Of a DNA stretch of 64,000 nt, positions 60,985 to 64,000 are shown piece by piece. This DNA comes from Pocillopora damicornis (taxonomy: Eukaryota), in the NCBI RefSeq assembly GCF_003704095.1, contig NW_020847648.1, forward strand, positions 62,001 through 126,000. The letters run 5' to 3'. A program made the translations under genes and the position numbers. The notes below the pieces were generated by a model. The model had not been told where the DNA came from, made no database searches, and was given only the letters and a program-made list of their open reading frames with translations. How positions within the stretch are numbered: position 1 is the first letter of the stretch; every line of letters starts with the position of its first letter.

Positions 60985-62610
60985 TTGGCAAGTCGAGTAT
61001 CTATTTGCATTCGCCTTGTTCTTGGCGGCAAAGACAACTGAAGGATCCGATATTGGCGTTTTCTTTCAAATCAAAGAAAACACTTTTTTCAGCTACAGCG
61101 AAAAAAGCCTCTTTTGGTCTGGAAAAACTGATTATTTGCTTTCCTGTTCGGCTTTGTGTGCGAGACAGGCTTCGTGCAGAAGTGCAAACTTTCTGGAAAA
61201 CCCATAACTTTTCACCTTCTTCGCGGCGAAATGCAAACAAGTTCAGCAACTGGGTGGCTTTTACAGCGAGATGGCTCTTTCTATCTAACAAAGGTATTTG
61301 GCATTGATGACATGCCATGTTATTTGGTGACACCTTCCGATAATGTACACCTCACCACGAACAAGTATAAGGCCCTTCCTGCACTAGCAGACAAAACTAG
61401 AATTGTCCCGTTAAAATAAAAGGACAATTTTTGTTTCATCTGTTGCATCCGTTTTAAAAATTTTAAGGCCGTCAAATGCCGTCAGCGTCCGATCTATTCA
61501 TAGGACCAGCCAAAGGATTTTACCTCCAGTCTGCACTTGTAAAATGTTTATGATGATAGAAAATTTGTCAAATTAAACAACTTTTTCGTCGGTGCGGAAT
61601 GGCCCTAATTCTCTTTCCTAGCTACAGTGTGAGGGAGATTTTTTGAAAGCGATAAAGATAACTGCTACGACCATTTCATTAAATAACAACTCCACATACT
61701 TTTTGATTCAGCTCACCAAATCTACGTAATAGATTCGATCCGTCGTTTACACTAATTTGCGTTCTAATATTGGTTCCTTGTTTGATGCTCATTACTAAAT
61801 TTAGGTCGCCAGCTCTAACTTCCGTTACAGGTCTAAAGCACACATAGAGGATACTTTGCTAGACTCACTTTCAATGATGAAATTGTTTTTCTAATTTTAA
61901 ACTATATGACGGTAAAGTAAAACACCTCTCCACCCCCTGGTTCTGACCAGCACTTACCTAACAGTAACCTCACGCCATACTCTCCTCAAACAATTTCCAA
62001 GGACGTCCTCGAGTGTTTATTGGATTGATCCTGATGGTGGATCCCAGGTCAACGCTTTTAAGGCTTACTGTGATATGGATACTAATGGCGGGGGCTGGAC
62101 ACTAGTATGGAGCTATTCCTTTACTAACTACAGTCATTTTAGAGATGATTCAAATGTGATCAGTCTAATACCAAATTGGCCGGCTACGAATAAGGTGTTT
62201 TCGTATCTCCACAACTCCTCCGTTAAATGAAACAGACAAATCTTCAGACTCTGGAAACAACTCGGCAGACAGATCCTCATCAAGAGCAGCATAAACAACT
62301 GGCTGGTGTGTCATCCGGTAACTGGCAGCTTGGTTGATTTGCAGAAAGGTAACGTCAACTGTAGGATCACCAAATACGTGCATTACGTGGCAGACCCTAG
62401 TAAATCATCTTCGGCGCCTTCCAAGTTTTACCAAGCACCAACTATGGACCAATGTTCTATTCGAGTGGGCGCTGGAACGGCACCTTTTATTATTTCAATA
62501 GTTACACAGGCAAAAATTGGCTTACCCTTGATCCTTGTGGAAGAAATAGGCTCAACCAAAAGAAAAACGTTCTTGATACAAACGGTAACATTTTTATACG
62601 AGCCGAGTAG
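60985..62610 (+). pseudogene. PAN/Apple + fibrinogen-related gene, copy H
   Basis: PAN exon to 61293 lacks the cag|ATG start and has TAA at 61205 plus a frameshift. The last exon (about 61938-62610; VYWIDPDGGSQVNAFKAYCDMDTNGGGWTLVWSYSFTNY...GNIFIRAE*) has frameshifts. Confidence 0.85.
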
Positions 62611-64000
62611 CAGACAGACAATAACAAACCTTTACACACGTATCTTCCAGAGCTAGTTAACTTATCTGCACAAAATCATTACATTACCTTGAACAAGTGT
62701 GGCGAGAATCATCTGGAGAACCTAGAGGGTCTTATACTGATAGAACTCTAAATTCCTCTATCGTATTTACTGAGAAAAACCCTACCAGAAGGGAGAATTT
62801 AGGACCAGATTTTGGAGGCTGAAGCTTGATTCACTCTTGCAAGATAAGAACAAGCAAAGCAACAGTTATGCTCATCATGTGAAGTCGGGGAATTATCCTT
62901 CAGAATTTTGCTTTCCAATGGAGTTTTAGAGAATTCAAATCACTTCACAAATCTCTGACTTAATAAGGTGCTAGTCACTATTACAGAGACTTTGTAATTT
63001 TTTTAAAATTTGTTTTTGTATGCCTTTTTCTTCTTGGTTCTTTCTTTCTTGATGTTTTTAATAATAACTCCCTTTACCGATATTGCTTACAAAACTCGTG
63101 CCAGCCACTAAATTAGTTAGTTGCAATCAGCTAGAGCAATTTTTAGAATGAAATGAATAAATAAGGTTCACTTAAGGAAGCTTGGATCAATCACCACATT
63201 AAATAATTGACGTCACAGCTTTTTATATATTTAAGGCGCAAAATAACGGGTTTAGTAACGAGCATTACTTAATAGTAAAAACATATTTTCCCAGTAACAA
63301 AGTTTCAAAACGGTATACCGCTTGGTTCTAAAGGGTGCATACCTTTCCAAGACACTTCAATTTCTTTTCTACTATATGTTGAAACTTAGTTTGCCTTCTA
63401 GGCTAACTACCTTCGAAATGCTAATAAAAACAACTTGTATTTCATGTTAAGACCATAGTGTTTGCTATTACTTATTCTGCATTTATAAACCGTAATTGAT
63501 ATATTTCAGGAGCTTTCCAAAACCACTTTGGGTTTTTTTGCCAATTGAGTACAGCTACCTGACCAAATAAATTCTCGTTAGATTTCTGGATATCATTACA
63601 GGTGTTTTTGCCTTTTATGATTGTTTTCTCTAACTCATTCCTTAAAAAAGGCAAATTAAAGCTGATCTTTACTTCAAGGTTTTGAATCACGCATTCTGAA
63701 CTTCTGAACACTCAGTCTCATTTCCAAAAAAACTCGCACACCCATACCTTCTCCGATCCCCGAATGAAAGATAAGTATTAACAAATAAAACAGAGCATAA
63801 AATCCTTTTAGGTTGTACTCGAATGCATTACGTTTGTTTTTGTTTGAGAAACCAAACTCGATAAAATCATGAGGAGTAAAGATGTGCTCCTGTATCAATA
63901 TGCCTAAGAGCACTCAACAGACAAAAAGGGAGAGACCTTGTGGTAAACGACAAGCTATCTTTAATGGCCGGAAGAACAACCTTTTCCAACATCCGGGAAT

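Noticed and set aside
1-64000. CRISPR array, prokaryotic operon or defence system
   Set aside because: No repeat-spacer array; the sequence is spliceosomal-intron eukaryotic DNA throughout.

Overview
Eukaryotic, AT-rich, intron-containing genomic DNA with many N gaps. The repeat families and gene content suggest a cnidarian, probably a scleractinian coral (inference). The left 38 kb is an ordinary gene neighbourhood: the 3' part of an SLC5 sodium/solute symporter (7 exons), an intronless TMEM175 lysosomal K+/H+ channel, a 449-aa orphan ORF, three tandem two-exon rolling-stone-like membrane protein genes, and a 9-exon IMP4 arranged head-to-head with the third. The right 25 kb (about 38.9-62.6 kb) is a rapidly evolving cluster of at least 8 copies or remnants of one gene type. 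Each copy has a signal peptide plus PAN/Apple exon, a 31-34 nt linker micro-exon missed by the ORF track, and an exon with a fibrinogen-related N-terminal subdomain fused to a non-canonical C-terminal domain with hypervariable segments. Copies lie on both strands in mosaic inverted duplications. Most are pseudogenised in different ways (SINE truncation, internal deletion, splice-site loss, stops, frameshifts). This putative diversified secreted lectin/recognition array is the main candidate for an undescribed system. Non-autonomous transposons are abundant (piggyBac-like, hAT with 5- and 6-bp TSDs, Harbinger-like, a tRNA-derived SINE, and LINE and Crypton-like fragments).
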